DNA of 63,822 nt, filler included. It is 3 parts of 3 records of this genome, joined end to end, with 100 filler letters (N's around TTAATTAATTAA, not from the genome) between each part and the next. Parts side by side here need not be neighbours in the genome. Positions count along the whole stretch, not along the records: positions 25,965 to 56,139 come from SRR20825019_1922; 2 more parts are not named here. The stretch is one strand, 5' to 3'. This document shows, in pieces, positions 38,610 to 50,827 of the stretch (positions within the stretch are counted from its first letter, which is position 1; each line of letters opens with the position of its first letter). Made by a program: the position numbers and the translations under genes. The notes beneath the pieces were generated by a model that was given only the letters and a program-made list of their open reading frames with translations, did not search any database and was not told where the DNA came from.

Positions 38610-41424
38610 ATGTTAAACACCACACTCTCTGTGGTGCTGGTTTGCTTTGCGGTTCTTCCGTACTGCTTTGCGGTGGACCTAGGGGGCGATCAGTGGACGA
38701 TTACGAGTGATGACGGCTCGATTAAGCTTTCAAATGTTGTAGTCCCGGGTTCTGTACACATGGCTCTTTTGAAGAATAACGAAATCAAGGAACCATTCAA
38801 TGGTTTCAACGATGTGAAGGAGCGCTGGGTGAGCCAGAAAAGCTGGAGGTTTGAACGCAACTTTGATGCGCCCTCGAGCTGGGCCCATTCCTTAGCCAAT
38901 GGGCACAGCCGAGTTCTGCTGGTTGCCGAGGGTGTAGATACAGTTGGGAGCATATCGGTCAACGGGAAGGTGGTTGCGGCCGTCGACAATATGTTCCGAA
39001 ACTACACAATCGATGTCACCAGTGCCCTGGTCGCTCAGGCTGGGGAGTCTCACACAATATCTGTTGACATAGAGTCCCCCACTACCTATGTCGACGCGAA
39101 GTCCAAGGCGTATCCCTACCCAGTGCCCACTTCGGACAACCCTAAGGTGCAACACGGCGAGGCTAACCGCAATTTTATCCGCAAGGAGCAATGTTCCTTC
39201 TCGTGGGGTGAGTGGCGCGCGAGAGCGCACAAACGTTTGTGTGGTATCTAATGTGTTTTGTATAGACTGGGGGCCATGCTTCTTGACGCAGGGGATCTGG
39301 AAGCCCATCCGCCTTGTTCTTGTTGAGAATGCTGTCCTCGCCCAAGCCACACCGGTCGTGTACTCCGTCCCTAAGGGTGCGGGCGGCTCCTCTTCATTCG
39401 AGGTTCGGGCACGTGTTCAGGTTCAGTCCGTTGGGGCTCAGACCATTAGTCTATCGGTTGGTGTGAAGTCAGAGCACGCCGGGCAGGAAGGTGTAGTTGC
39501 CATGAGCGAAGAGTCGTTCGACCTCAGCGATGGACTTAACTTCATCAACATGACTCTTCCCGTTTCAGAAGAATCAGTCAAGCTGTGGTGGCCCATCGGC
39601 TATGGCGAACAGCCTCTGTATGTGGCGGAGGTTACTATGGGTCAAACCACTATATCCAAGAGTGTCGCCTTCCGTACAGTGAAGCTCGTCACTGCACCCG
39701 AGACAGGCGGTCGCAACTTTTTCTTTGAGGTGAACGGTGTCTCCATCTATGCCAAGGGCTCCAACTTGATTCCTCTGGATTCATTTGAAGACCGAATCAC
39801 GCCCGAGTACATGCGAATGCTAGTCGAATCTGCCGTTGACGCCAACATGAATGTCCTCCGTGTTTGGGGCGGGGGCATATACCAACGAGATGACTTCTAT
39901 GATCTGTGCGACAGGATGGGCATTATGGTGTGGCAAGAATTTATGTTTGCATGTGCCCTATACCCCGTGGACGAGTCATTTCTCTCCAGCGTCTCCCAGG
40001 AAGTCACTGACCAGCTCGATAGGCTTGCTCACCATCCATCGATTGTAGTGTGGAGCGGCAACAACGAGAACCAGGTTGCGTTGACTGACGGGTGGTTCCC
40101 AACCCCGGCCGGTGTGAGCAAGGAGGTGTACATTATCGACTACGCCAAGTTGTACTTTGACACGGTCAGGGCAACCGCCCTTGCCTTGGACTCCAGCAGG
40201 CCCATGATTGGTTCTTCGCCATCAAATGGCGTCTTGAGTGAGCAACCCTACGTGGAAAGGTGGGGCAGTGCCAACGACCCAGCATATGGAGATGTCCACT
40301 ATTACAACTACGACGCACGGTGTGACAATGTTACTGCATTCCCACGGTCCCGCTTCACCAGTGAGTATGGTTGGCAGGCGTTCCCATCCATGCTTGCCCT
40401 GAGGGACGCGTCGGAAAACCATGATATCGATCTGCAGTATTCGTCCGAATGGGTTGAGCACCGTCAGCACCACCAGTACGGAAACAAGGAGATACTGAAT
40501 CAAATCAACAATTTCTTTGCCCTGGGCAAGGCTCCCACCAGCGGCGACGCCGCGGCCTACTTTGAAAAGTACGTGTATCTGTCCCAGGCAACGCAGGCAA
40601 TTTGCATTAAGGCCGAGACGGAGCACTACAGACGCCTCCGAGCCCGATCCAGCGTGCATAATATGGGTGCCATATACTGGCAATTGAACGACATTTGGCA
40701 GGCCCCTACATGGGCTTCTATGGAGTATGGAGGGCGGTGGAAGCTGCTCCACTATGCTGCGAAGAAGTTCTTTGCTCCTGTTTTGGTATCGGTGTTCGAG
40801 GAAACTCCTTGGGATGATGCCTCCCTCGCCACTGTCGAGGTGCATCTCACGAGTGATCTTGCTGTCTCGATGAGTGATGTTGCCTTTTCTATTCAAGTCC
40901 TCAAATACGCCGACGGTAGTGTGCACTCCAGCGTATCCGACACCCTCAAGAGCGTGCCTGGCCAAGATTCCAAGACATTGTGGAAGGGTCTCTCTAAAGA
41001 CCTCCTGAAGAAGTGCTCTCGCAATGAATGCTTCCTCCGTGTAGCCGCCAGTGGCACCGACGAGAATGGGCATGAACACTTCTCTGAAAACTTTCATTTC
41101 TTTGATGGTTTGGCTCGTGCTGAACTCAAGGTGGCTAACGTCAAGATCAAGGCAGTGTCATCGCGCGCCGTGAGTTGGGGTGGTCGCCAGATTGAGCCCG
41201 ACCAGGTGTGTTCCGTCGTGATCAAGACCGACAACGTTGCTCCATATGTTCATCTCGAGTCCAGCATGAGCGGGGTGTTCAGTGACAACGGGTTCCACAT
41301 CCTGCCAGGGGATAAGGGCCTTCAGATAGACTTTGTTGCCGACCCAACCAAGACTGAAGCGAAATGCTCTTCAGATGACTTCATGAGGACACTCCGCGTT
41401 CGCTTGTTGGCTGAGTCCTCGTAA
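38610..41424 (+). CDS. MANBA: Beta-mannosidase, GH2 (2 exons)
   Basis: Intron 39208-39265 restores IRKEQCSFSWDWGP; NMNVLRVWGGG, WSGNNEN, RFTSEYG, IYWQLNDIWQAPTWAS. Confidence 0.92.
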
Positions 41425-41492
41425 TTGTAGATTATAAACATGCCCCCCATTATCATTGCGAGGATTCCAGTCCCATTCCCTGATTCCCGTGT

Positions 41493-43883
41493 CTAAACAG
41501 ACTTCCAGATATTCAGCATGTCTTCTATTCTCGATGCTGTCGGAGGCCACTTGCGGTTTCCGGCCGGGGTTTGTATCCAAAATATTGAGGAAAAACGCCC
41601 GTCGCACCGGATCACCCTGTGCTTGTCCTTAGCAATGTGTTGCACACCGCTGTCATACACACTGGGAACGTATTCTTCATGCGTAAGCCACAGTGACTTG
41701 CGGATATCCCCCAAAGCTTCCATATGATCCCATTGCGGCAGAATAATGATAAACGACAACGCTACGTGCGCCGCATTAACGCTTGAAAGAATTACCTGAA
41801 TCCGGCTCCACATTCTGTTGATCACCGCCTCTTCGAAGGGAGGGTTAGCCTCAAAGCTTCCACCTTCAGCAAAGAAACACAGAGGCAATGCAAAAAAGTT
41901 TCCAAGCGAACCGAAATACCTGTCCGTATCTGGGAACAACGAACAGAAATGCTTCAAATAGGGATTTCGATTGAGAGGGCTCGCGAAGAGCTCCGTATTG
42001 ACGCCAAACTCTGTCGTAAGGAAGTGCATCACTGCCGACGGAACTGCCATTTGCCATCCGTGTCCCTCGCTGCTTGGTCCAAACAATGTGTGATATCGAT
42101 GAAGCATTGCAAATATGGCCACCTCACAAGATACTTCATTGTCATGCCCAGTTCTACTGATCGCACTGTCGCTATACTGCTGCGTGAGCCTCGTATCCAC
42201 ATCTTTGTTGATAACATACGCGCGCATCTGCCCACATCCAAGTTGCATTTTCAGGGCATACTCAACACGCTCGCCCCGGCCATCGAAATCATTTCTCTCA
42301 CATCGCATCACAACTCCGCTTATTCGATCACTTGCAGTGTTACAAAGGGATTCCCAATATGTTGACGCAGCGTTATTGAACATCTGAGCACACACCAATG
42401 ACATCTCTTCCACACGGTCTCTGAACAGCGGCTCCAATGCAGGGAACAAAAGGTTTCGGATATCTGTCACAGCGTCGCGGTTGCCTTGCGCTGAGGAATA
42501 TGCCCCCTTGGTCAATTTCTCCTCCAGCGCTTTAATGGCTCCCTCAACGCCATCACAAACTTCCTGGGGCGCGCCGCTCACGACCGCTGTGCATGAAGCA
42601 AGGTACTTTCTAAGGTTGGTCATAGTGTCCCCTGCCGTCATTCCAGCAAGACCAGGAGTAGGATATATCGCAAGCAAGAATTTCAATACAGACTCACTGG
42701 GAATGGGCGGGTGGCTTTCCCATAACTGTGCTGTTGCCTCCCCACCAGGCTTCACGCCGATATGGCGGCTTGTCTTTTTCCGAGATGATGCCATGGCCTC
42801 GAACAACCACGCATTGAAGGCCTCCGCACTGCATCCTCTTCCCGTGCCCAGGACACGCATCCACTCCTTCTGAAATTCTTGCCGCAGCTTGGTGATGGTA
42901 ATTCGGTATACAACCGTAGATGCAACATGAACGAACTGCACGGAATTGCTACGCAAGTCTGTCATGCGGTGCTTCTTGTTGTACACGGATGGGCGTAAAC
43001 CCGTTCGCGACAGCATTTCCTCCCACAAGTCGCCCTCAGTTCCTTCGAAGTCTCCCGGAGGCCACTCGAAAGTTTCTGATATTGTCACTCCTACCTCAAT
43101 CGCTGGGGAGCTGAGCAACCGGACCAGCCACAATATGACAGACCGCACATTCGGCAACGCGCCATCAGGTATGGCAAAGCGGCCAAGACCGCGGCCATAG
43201 TCAATGCACGCTGCCCGGACTCGATGGACCCCGCCCTCCCTACAAATAGCCGCCACCTTCGCAACGACATTCGGATCTAGCTGTAGCAGCGAAGTCCCAT
43301 CACCGGGCCCGCCCTCCGGAAATATCACCCGAGTGGTGCGTCGCTTGACTCTAGCGCCGCCAATCCCCGTCATCAATCTCATGAATTTGGTGTGACTGAA
43401 GTGGCGGCGCGACGATCCCGTCTTCTGATCGCTTACAAAGGCACAGTGTTGAGCTAGAGCCGCCGTTAAGACCCATTCATCCACGGTCTTGTTGACGTGG
43501 TTGCTCATAAGAACTCGACTATCGTCCCGGGCACCATGGCCATAGCTACAACTGGCATATTTCACAACCACCTTCTCGACTCCAAATCCATACAAAGCAA
43601 GTCGCGCAATCTTTCCACACGCCCAGTTATGCACGTTATCCAAGTCACACAGCCCGGGGATTTCTACCAGGGGAGCCAATAACCCAGCACTTAACAATGC
43701 CGCCGCTCTCATGCAAGTCCTCGCTAGCGCTTGAGGATATATCAGGGCCAATGGTGTCGGGTTGGCACATTTGTGCCATTCTGCAAATGTGGCTCCATCC
43801 TGTACCAGACGCTTACTGTGGGCCTTCTCCTTATTGGACTTCGATGCTCGTGCCCTCACCGGGGGCACATCAACTGGCTCCAT
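41493..43883 (-). CDS. PCIF1/CAPAM-like adenine-N6 methyltransferase with an N-terminal acyltransferase-like domain
   Basis: C-terminal FGVNTELFASPLN, FCSLFPDTDRYFGSLGNFF, GSFEANPPF, LSFIIILPQW; N-terminal SNHVNKTVD and IFPEGG..GTSLL. Confidence 0.8.
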   Translation of the reverse strand: MEPVDVPPVRARASKSNKEKAHSKRLVQDGATFAEWHKCANPTPLALIYPQALARTCMRAAALLSAGLLAPLVEIPGLCDLDNVHNWACGKIARLALYGFGVEKVVVKYASCSYGHGARDDSRVLMSNHVNKTVDEWVLTAALAQHCAFVSDQKTGSSRRHFSHTKFMRLMTGIGGARVKRRTTRVIFPEGGPGDGTSLLQLDPNVVAKVAAICREGGVHRVRAACIDYGRGLGRFAIPDGALPNVRSVILWLVRLLSSPAIEVGVTISETFEWPPGDFEGTEGDLWEEMLSRTGLRPSVYNKKHRMTDLRSNSVQFVHVASTVVYRITITKLRQEFQKEWMRVLGTGRGCSAEAFNAWLFEAMASSRKKTSRHIGVKPGGEATAQLWESHPPIPSESVLKFLLAIYPTPGLAGMTAGDTMTNLRKYLASCTAVVSGAPQEVCDGVEGAIKALEEKLTKGAYSSAQGNRDAVTDIRNLLFPALEPLFRDRVEEMSLVCAQMFNNAASTYWESLCNTASDRISGVVMRCERNDFDGRGERVEYALKMQLGCGQMRAYVINKDVDTRLTQQYSDSAISRTGHDNEVSCEVAIFAMLHRYHTLFGPSSEGHGWQMAVPSAVMHFLTTEFGVNTELFASPLNRNPYLKHFCSLFPDTDRYFGSLGNFFALPLCFFAEGGSFEANPPFEEAVINRMWSRIQVILSSVNAAHVALSFIIILPQWDHMEALGDIRKSLWLTHEEYVPSVYDSGVQHIAKDKHRVIRCDGRFSSIFWIQTPAGNRKWPPTASRIEDMLNIWKSV

Positions 43884-44470
43884 GAGGTCCTACCTACGAA
43901 CAGCCACAGCGGTTTCAACACTATCAGGCCTTATGTCAAGTTTTCCATTTATAAGTCGGACCTAACCTTAAATGCTCTCTTAAAATCTCCTATATATGCT
44001 GATGGTGGACACTCGGACTCCGCTTCGACCCGTTGCCGTCTCAAAGCATCCTCAGCCAGTCGGTCAAACGGTCCCGGCCTACCCGTACCCCGCTCTGGTT
44101 AGGCCGGTGGCGCGCCGGCTAGCCTTGAGAAAGGCTTGCCTTCAGCTCTACTGTATCCATTCGATTGATTCCGGCCCCCCGGCGCTCCGGTACGGACGAC
44201 GGTAAATTTAATTTTTTCTAATTTTGGCAGACGCCACACTACCGTGCCTGAGGGTGGGCCACCTGACCGGATGATCGATCATCCGAGAGTCTCTCTGGCC
44301 GGCACCCTTTCATCAGAAGTCACTTGCACCAGTCGACGGTCGCCTCCGCGAGCGGCCGTGGGCGCGACTGTCCCTGTCACCCCGCCCACCCAACCAAGCC
44401 TGTCCACCACTACTTCACATATAAATGCACACGCCATACCCTCACAGTACTGATCGCACCATCAGGACTG

Positions 44471-45843
44471 ATGAAGGTCGCTGTGCTGCTGCTAATTGCC
44501 GCGGTTAGTACTTCTCCCGTGGCAGCCGCTGAGGTTGACTGCAAGGTCCCATTCGATACCAAAGCCTTCGCCTTGAGGACCTCCGTTTTGGACTTCTGTG
44601 CCTACGACTTGGATATGTCCGCTTGCTACAGCCATTACGATGATTTATGCTTCACCTTCAACCCCTTCAGGGCAGTCTCGGGGCAATACAACTGCAACGT
44701 GTATGAGACCAAAAACGGCGATTGCTATGGGAACAAGAACACTGACGTTAATTCCAATCCCTACTGTGGCAGCGGCGATGTTCCTTGTACCAGACTAATA
44801 TATCAAGATAGCAGCATGCCCGGTGGTATGACTGTATCGCACATACATTTCGTTTGTGACGCCGACGCAGCACCTGGTAACCCGTCCAAAATCGAGGTCG
44901 ATTCAGCAGTAATGGTCCCCAGTGGCTACGCCAGAATGAATGTCTACGTGAAAGAGGCATGTCCTGATCAGGTCTCAAGTGGTGGATTCACCAAGTTCGC
45001 TATAATATTGCTTATTGTGGCGCTTACTTGCATCGTCCCTATCTGCGCTTTCCTTTGTGTTGCCGTTGTGGGATGCTCGGTGGGATGTCGGCGTGCCTTC
45101 TGTTGTGGTGGCCCGGGTGCGAGAGGCTCCAAGGGCGATTCACACCGGGCCAAGACCAAGGCAGCATACGCTGTGCATGACGGTAACATCCGTCAACCCC
45201 TTCTGGGCAATAAGTGCGGAGGAGGCCCCGCCGTGCTTGCGCCGAGTGCCGTTGTCTTGCCACTGCCAACCTATGCTGCCCCGGCAATGATGCCACATAC
45301 GCCCGGCACCCAGGCGCGAGGGCAGAATGACCTGCAACTATTCAAACGTGGAGACGGAGCGGTGTATTTGTTGATCGACAGCATGCTGCGCGCGACTCCT
45401 AAGGGCATTGCTGACGGGAGTATGTTCCTGCACACGTTTGGCATTCCCAACGACGCGAAATTCATGAATGGTGAGTCTTGCTGGCAATGTGTGACGTGGC
45501 CCAAATATCACGCTGACCACAGGTTCATGTGTAACTATAGGCCACGTGGATAGCTTCCCTGTGGGCATGCCACTGCCAGAGTTCTTCCAGGCAGTTAAGG
45601 GCGCGGGTTCCCATGGAGTATACCTGCTTATGGACGAACCCAGTGCCCCCGGAGTCATGACGAAGAGGCTCATCGCCGGGCCAACCGAGTTCTCTGCATA
45701 CAGGTATGTATACGATGTCCACGTCTGAAGTGTGGAAGCTGAGGTAGCGTCTTGGGTGCAGACTGGCAATGGAGAAAGTGGCCACAATGGATGCGGGCCG
45801 TCTGAGCACTATTCCTGATGGTCCCGTCATCAGGTTGCTCTGA
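44471..45843 (+). CDS. Type I membrane protein: MRH-like Cys-rich ectodomain, TM, two C-terminal repeats (3 exons)
   Basis: Signal peptide; FTFNPF...HIHFVCD...VKEACP; TM; introns 45471-45540 and 45704-45761 give a frame ending LSTIPDGPVIRLL*. Confidence 0.65.
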
Positions 45844-46842
45844 AGGCCTTTACAGAAGGAAGCACGCTGAGCGGTTGGTAGATGCTCAAACATGACGGAG
45901 TCACGACGGCCAGACCATGGCCTGACAGCACTGACGCGCGCGTAGGCCGAGGAGCCGGTTTCAATGAAAGTGATTTGTGTGTTTCTTTGGTGTGATATAG
46001 GGAAAGTGTTTTTTGCAAGGAACCGTGTTCTGGAGAGGTTGCACCTTGGTGGCACGGCGACGGCGGCCAGTACCTGGCTCTGGCATCCACGCCAGACTGG
46101 CCTTTGATCGATTCCGTTCGTACACAACCTTGATCCGGGGCGCAGCCGGGTGCCGGAGTCGGTTGTAGGGGCGCCCGGAGCGTAGCCAGTCGCCCCAAAA
46201 GGCCACCCTGTCCGACGAATCCCTCCGTCGCTCATTAGTCCAGCGTGAGACTTCGATGCGCGGCCGCGGCGGGCGCCCCCTGGCCAGTTCAAGGTCAGTC
46301 TGATTGCGACGATTTCATTTCCTATTCACGATCCACTCGAGCGCCAGGCGGAGATCGGATTGGCCGACAAACTTCTCAGTCGTCACTGTCCGTCCGACCG
46401 CCATCCGCCCTCCGACAACTGGCCCTAACCTACGCAATGAATGCCAGACCGTCCCTCACTCAGAGAGCGTACGATAATTCCAGTCCCCCAGACCGGCCCT
46501 GGGGCGCCGTGTGGGTGATGGACTCCCCGGACTGGTGGAGACTGATGAGAGCCTGCCTGCACTGCAGGCCGTGGCGATTCGCTGACGCTGACGGACTGTG
46601 AGGCACACCGGCACCGGTCGTCATCCGTGGCCGATGAAGGTGAAGGGGACCGGATGACACCTGGATAGCACGATATGCTATCATTATTGTGAAGTTTTAG
46701 CATCGTTAGGATTGAGGTTAGGCTTTGTTAGGAGTATTGTTGGCCGCTCCTGTGACCGTCACCTGGCAAGAACAACTGGCAAGGACCGGCTTGCCAGGCG
46801 GTGAGGTGAAGGCGCCTCGCGTGCCCGGAGAATATTCTATAT

Positions 46843-48255
46843 ATGTCCTCGTTTCAAGACCGCTTCTCTAAGGAGTCTACTGAAATGGCGCCGGGTAAAC
46901 CAATGGAGGATGGTGCGAAGACTTACGAGAATGATATGAAACCGCCCACGGAAGAAAAGAGTCTCAACGGAGGGGTTCCTACTTCTCCCACCGAAAACTT
47001 GCTAGATCAGGTCGAGGAGCTCCGCCAAATGTTTCCACGCGATAGGGAAAACCATCCTCCTCTTTGCTACCAAGAAGACATACCGCTTCCACTCCAGCGT
47101 CCGTACATTACATCACACTATCTTTATGGGACAAGTCATGCAGGTTGCATCAAAGGGGCCTTTACGTGCTGCCATAATGAGTCACTTAACATTTGGACCG
47201 ACGTGATCGCTTCGGCCCAGAACATCATAAGTGCGGTGATCGACATTCGAAGAGCAATGAAGGCGAAGAATGTGGGAATTGGGCAGCTCTGGCACTTAGA
47301 AGGCCCTGTATTGGCCTTGGCAATATCAAAACTCTCATTTGCGGGATGCAAGACGTTTTCTTTCCTGGCGCATATGTTTGGTGGGAGGTCGGTGGTATCG
47401 CATGATTTCTGGTACGTATCAAACCACCTTCTTTTTCACGTTTGTTTTACTTATGCTGGGACAGGTACTCACTGGACTTTGCTGGGCTCTGTCTTACGGT
47501 GGCAGGAAGCACTCCTGCCGCTGTGGCAACCGGCGACTATCCACGCCGCATCCCACCTTATCTGTACTTGATGACCACTCTCATCATTGCCCGGCGATGC
47601 CTTAAGATTCTCCTAGGAACGACTGACAACTCAAACTCAAACAGCAAAGTATCCAACCAGTCAGCAGAGGAAGCGAAGAGGCAGCACGACATGGCTGCGA
47701 TGAAGAGGCTGGTGTCACTCGGTCTGTTCTTCTTCATCGCATTGTATCCCAACTTCCGGAGGATGCTTCGCTATGTCGGCCACGGAAACGCCAACAGCGA
47801 CATGGGTAACTTCCCCCTTGCCGTCAAGTCGTTTGGCTTGATCGTGGCCGCCGCAGCCATCTACATCATCAGGTTTCCAGAGCGGTTCGCTCCCCGCGGA
47901 AAGTTTGACCTGTTCTTGTATTCCCACTGTAAGTGAAACAACCGATCCTTTTCTGCCCTCTGACATGATCTGTGCAGGCATATGGCACGTGCTGGCGAAT
48001 GTGTCCCTAGCCTATTGGCACAAGTACGTCGCAAAAGATTTGGGGGTTAGCAAGGCCACACCTCTTGGGTCAATGTTGGCCAGAAATCACGTGAATGGGC
48101 TCCTGTCGCCCGCTTTGCTCCGCAATTTTACTGTTGTATTGTACGGTGTGATGGGCTACCTGGTACACTCCAGCTTTGGTCGCTACAAAAGTGACTTGGT
48201 GAACGAGAAGGAGATCGACGAACACCACAAGGTTCCCCGAAAAGATGCGAAGTAG
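46843..48255 (+). CDS. PAQR/haemolysin-III family membrane protein (3 exons)
   Basis: HNESLNIWT, SFLAHMF, LDFAGL, RFPERFAPRGKFD..SHCIWH; introns 47412-47464 and 47929-47977. Confidence 0.88.
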
Positions 48256-48306
48256 GGTTTCACCACCGAAAGGAAGAACGGAAAAAAACGTGGTGAGCAG
48301 AAGGCT

Positions 48307-50827
48307 TTAATAGATCTCTGCCATCATGAGGAGCACCAATGAAGACCATCCATTGAAGGGGTTGGAGCGCTTCCCCTGACCGGTGTGGGGATCATACTGC
48401 TCAAAGAAATGTCCTGTTCGTCTGTATTCCTGCGTTCGCTGGTCAGATCTGAGGATCCAACCCAACCAAAACACTTACTTTAAATAGGTTCTGCACTACG
48501 CGAGTCTTGATCTTTTTGTATATGTCCGTCGCTTGCCCTTGGTATGGGCCCTGCTCCTTCATGTACCAGCGCTTTAGCGCTCCGCACACTAGGTAGTTAA
48601 TGTTGATCCAAATCGGGCCACGCCAGTAGTTCTCGCGTGTGCCGAATGCCGGGTCCTTCATGGAGAGGGATGTGAGTCCAAACTTCGAAAGAATCTGCTT
48701 CTCATCTCCCAAGAAATCGAGGGTGGCTTTGAGCTGGGGCGAGTCAGGCGCAAGCAAACCCGCGATGAGCGGGAACAGGTTCATATAACCACGGTTAGGC
48801 ACGAACATAGGAACGGGGTCCCCGTTCTCCGTCCTACGGTACAGGCCCGCATAGTCAGAATACAATCCCTGGTCGGGGTTCCAGTGGTGTTCGTCCAGGT
48901 GACCCACGATCTCGCCGTAGGCATCAATAAACTCGGCAGGGTTGGCGCCGACAGCGGATGCAAGCTGGGCAAGAAGGCGGGCGGACATTGCCATCCAACA
49001 AAAGAGATCCAAGTGGCGCTCATCAGACCTTGGGGTGGGCCCGCGCGGGTAGTCATCAAGGCCGCTGGTGAGAGTGTGGTCGTCCGTCTTCCCCCTCCAT
49101 CGATACGAGCCCGGCTTGGATCCTTTTTGTGTCCTCATGTACCACCTCCACCAGGTTGCAAGGCGGCTGAAGTTCTCCTTCACAAACGCCAGCGCAACCG
49201 CAGGATCACGCCCAACACTCTGCTCGCCGGCCGCGTCAGTCTGAACACGCACAGTAACATCGAAGTCCATAGCTCCACCGAGCCACGGCCTTTGGTCAAT
49301 ATCATGTCCAACTGCTCGCTCCAGCAGACGGCGAAGTGATAGGAAGAACGTCGGAGGGTTTGCATAATCGGGATTTTGGACCTGGAACTGCTCGGGCACC
49401 TTGCTCCTCGCCTCCCGCCCGAGAATCTGCTCCCTAGCAATCCATCCATCATCCGTCATCTGGTCGAACCAAGACGACATGATGTCCGTGCTCATCCTAT
49501 CGCTCCATTCACCAATCAGCAACTGGTGGAACCCTTCATCCCACAAGAATCCGCGGGGAAAGAAAGGCCGGGATGGCGTACCAGTGAGGAGTCCTTTCTT
49601 CGGGCTCTCACGGGCATTTTCTCTCTCATTGTTCTGGTTAGTCCCCGGCCGGGCGATCAAAGAGGACCCGTAGAAATATCCCACTCCTCCGAGCAGATTA
49701 CTGAGCGCTGCTCGCCCGAAGGTTTTGAGCTCCTTTGCCAGCTTAGCGTCGCCATTGTGCATACTTGAAAGATCAAAGCTGCGATCGAAACTGCTCATAA
49801 AATTCTGCGACCGCCTGGACACAACCGCGTCCAACGTCGTTCCCGACAGGGCCTTCACTGCCTCCCTCACACTTCCCTTTTCCGGAAGTCCATCCTGAGA
49901 CACGAAGATCACGTCTATGGAGAATGGGAGCTGGAAGAACATTTGTATGGCCATGACATTCGGGTTCGTCTGGAGAGTGTTCGTGAAGGACACCATGGGT
50001 GGTTCCTCATTGGGATCACCGGGCACGTGGCCCGTGGTCTTGTAGTGGCTGCCCTTCCTCTTTCCCTTAGCACCCTTTCCTTGCAGCTTCGAGTTCTTGA
50101 GGTCGGAAATGACCTTTCCGGCAGCATTACGAAGTGGAGGCACAACGTACTCCCTTACATTCCATGCCTTATCCTTCTGCAGCTTCATACCGAGGTAATA
50201 AGCATTGGACAAGTCATTCAAGCCCTTCACCTTCTTCGTGCGAGGCCCTTCTGGGGCGGGGTGCTCCGGGTGGGTGTTCTTGTTGTTCTTGGGAATCACG
50301 ATCGAAAACGCACCCACGCCCTCCGCCTCGCCGTTAATATGCACATCCTTCCGCAGGCTCGGTTTCTTGGCATTGCTTCCATCAGAAACTTTCAACTCTC
50401 CTTCCCCTTCAAGATACGAATAAAATATCAACGACACATTCTGTGGCTTTTGCCCTTGAAGCTGAGTCCCGCTAATCCTTGCAGTCCAGTGCCCGCTACC
50501 AAACTCATCACTTTCCACATACATTGTGGACAGGGCCAGGTTGTTCTGTTTGTCGGTAAGGTGTTGAGAAGCATATGTGCTTCCATCGTGAGCAGAGTAT
50601 CCAAACTTCTCCAGTTCGCCAACTTGGCAGTCATGCCTTACATTGTCAAATCCGCGAGGATCGTTCGGGTTGTACCACAAAATTCCAGTCAGCAGTGAGT
50701 TGGGTGACCGAGTCCGAGTGCCAAAGTACAAATTTGGACGGTAGGTGCCCCAGTCCGCCTGGCAGCCAGACACAGCTATGAGTACAGCAAGGAAAACGCC
50801 TGAGCAAGCGAAGCCGCCTCGAGTCAT
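48307..50827 (-). CDS. MOGS: Mannosyl-oligosaccharide glucosidase I, GH63 (2 exons)
   Basis: WGTYRPNLYFG, PSRPFFPRGFLWDEGFH, SGLDDYPR, YWRGPIWININY; intron 48430-48478; last exon FFEQYD..G.G..PFNGWSSLV. Confidence 0.93.

Noticed and set aside
35910-50827. Functional glycan/lysosome gene cluster (SLC38, MANBA, MRH-like, MOGS)
   Set aside because: Interspersed with unrelated genes and acting in different compartments; no evidence beyond proximity.
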